DNA of 63,932 nucleotides, filler included, from Licmophora abbreviata (taxonomy: Eukaryota): NCBI GenBank assembly GCA_900291995.1. It is 22 parts of 22 records of this genome, joined end to end, with 100 filler letters (N's around TTAATTAATTAA, not from the genome) between each part and the next. Parts side by side here need not be neighbours in the genome. Positions count along the whole stretch, not along the records: positions 62,888 to 63,932 come from OLMU01001881.1; 21 more parts are not named here. One strand, written 5' to 3'. Below are positions 63,726 through 63,932 of this stretch, in pieces. A model generated the notes under the pieces. The model was not told the origin of the DNA and did not search any database. It saw only the letters and a list, made by a program, of their open reading frames with translations. Within the stretch, counting starts at the first letter, position 1. Each line of letters opens with the position of its first letter. A program made the position numbers and the translations under genes.

Positions 63726-63932
63726 TCAGCCCGCCGTGCTTGATCGGGTCAGTGGCGGGAAGCTGTCCTCGAAGGTGCGTTTGAGGGCGACATCCAGATC
63801 GGTCATGCTGACCGGCAGGCCGAGATCGACGAGGCTTGTCACGCCATGCTCGGTGATGCCGCAAGGCACGATGCCGGAAAAATGCTCGAGATCGGGTTCC
63901 ACATTGATCGAGATGCCGTGAAAGCTGATCCA
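63726..63932 (-). CDS. lipB: Lipoyl(octanoyl) transferase, 3' end
   Basis: [30 protein letters not shown]. Confidence 0.88.
   Translation of the reverse strand, partial: WISFHGISINVEPDLEHFSGIVPCGITEHGVTSLVDLGLPVSMTDLDVALKRTFEDSFPPLTRSSTAG

Overview
GC-rich alphaproteobacterial DNA, Rhodobacteraceae/Roseobacter-like by gene content and order (possibly Roseovarius; inference). It is a draft scaffold: 21 artificial 100-nt linkers (N44-TTAATTAATTAA-N44) interrupt it, so many genes are partial and adjacency across gaps is not guaranteed. Most of the window is core genome (urtDE, pcm-tolC-popZ-like, cobQ, efp, ygfZ, valS, metF/metR, suhB, putR/putA, metG, imuA, PleD-like cyclase, MttB-family, ctaD, lipB). 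Two accessory type I secretion (T1SS) loci each abut a tRNA 3' end. (1) At ~1.2-12.5 kb, a BapA-like Ig-repeat adhesin with a duplicated C-terminal module plus TolC/ABC/HlyD, next to tRNA-Cys. (2) At ~31-44.8 kb, a lower-GC island next to tRNA-Leu(TAA) with a truncated integrase. Island 2 is the best candidate for an undescribed system. It encodes an RsaA-like (S-layer) RTX protein whose N-terminus is a leader ending in a lipobox (LAA-C60), three tandem small coiled-coil paralogues, a translationally coupled trio of membrane proteins ending in a signal peptidase II (LspA) homologue, two winged-helix regulators, and a T1SS operon enclosed by a perfect 47-bp inverted repeat. Family names come from recalled motifs, not database searches. 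GC statements are by-eye estimates.
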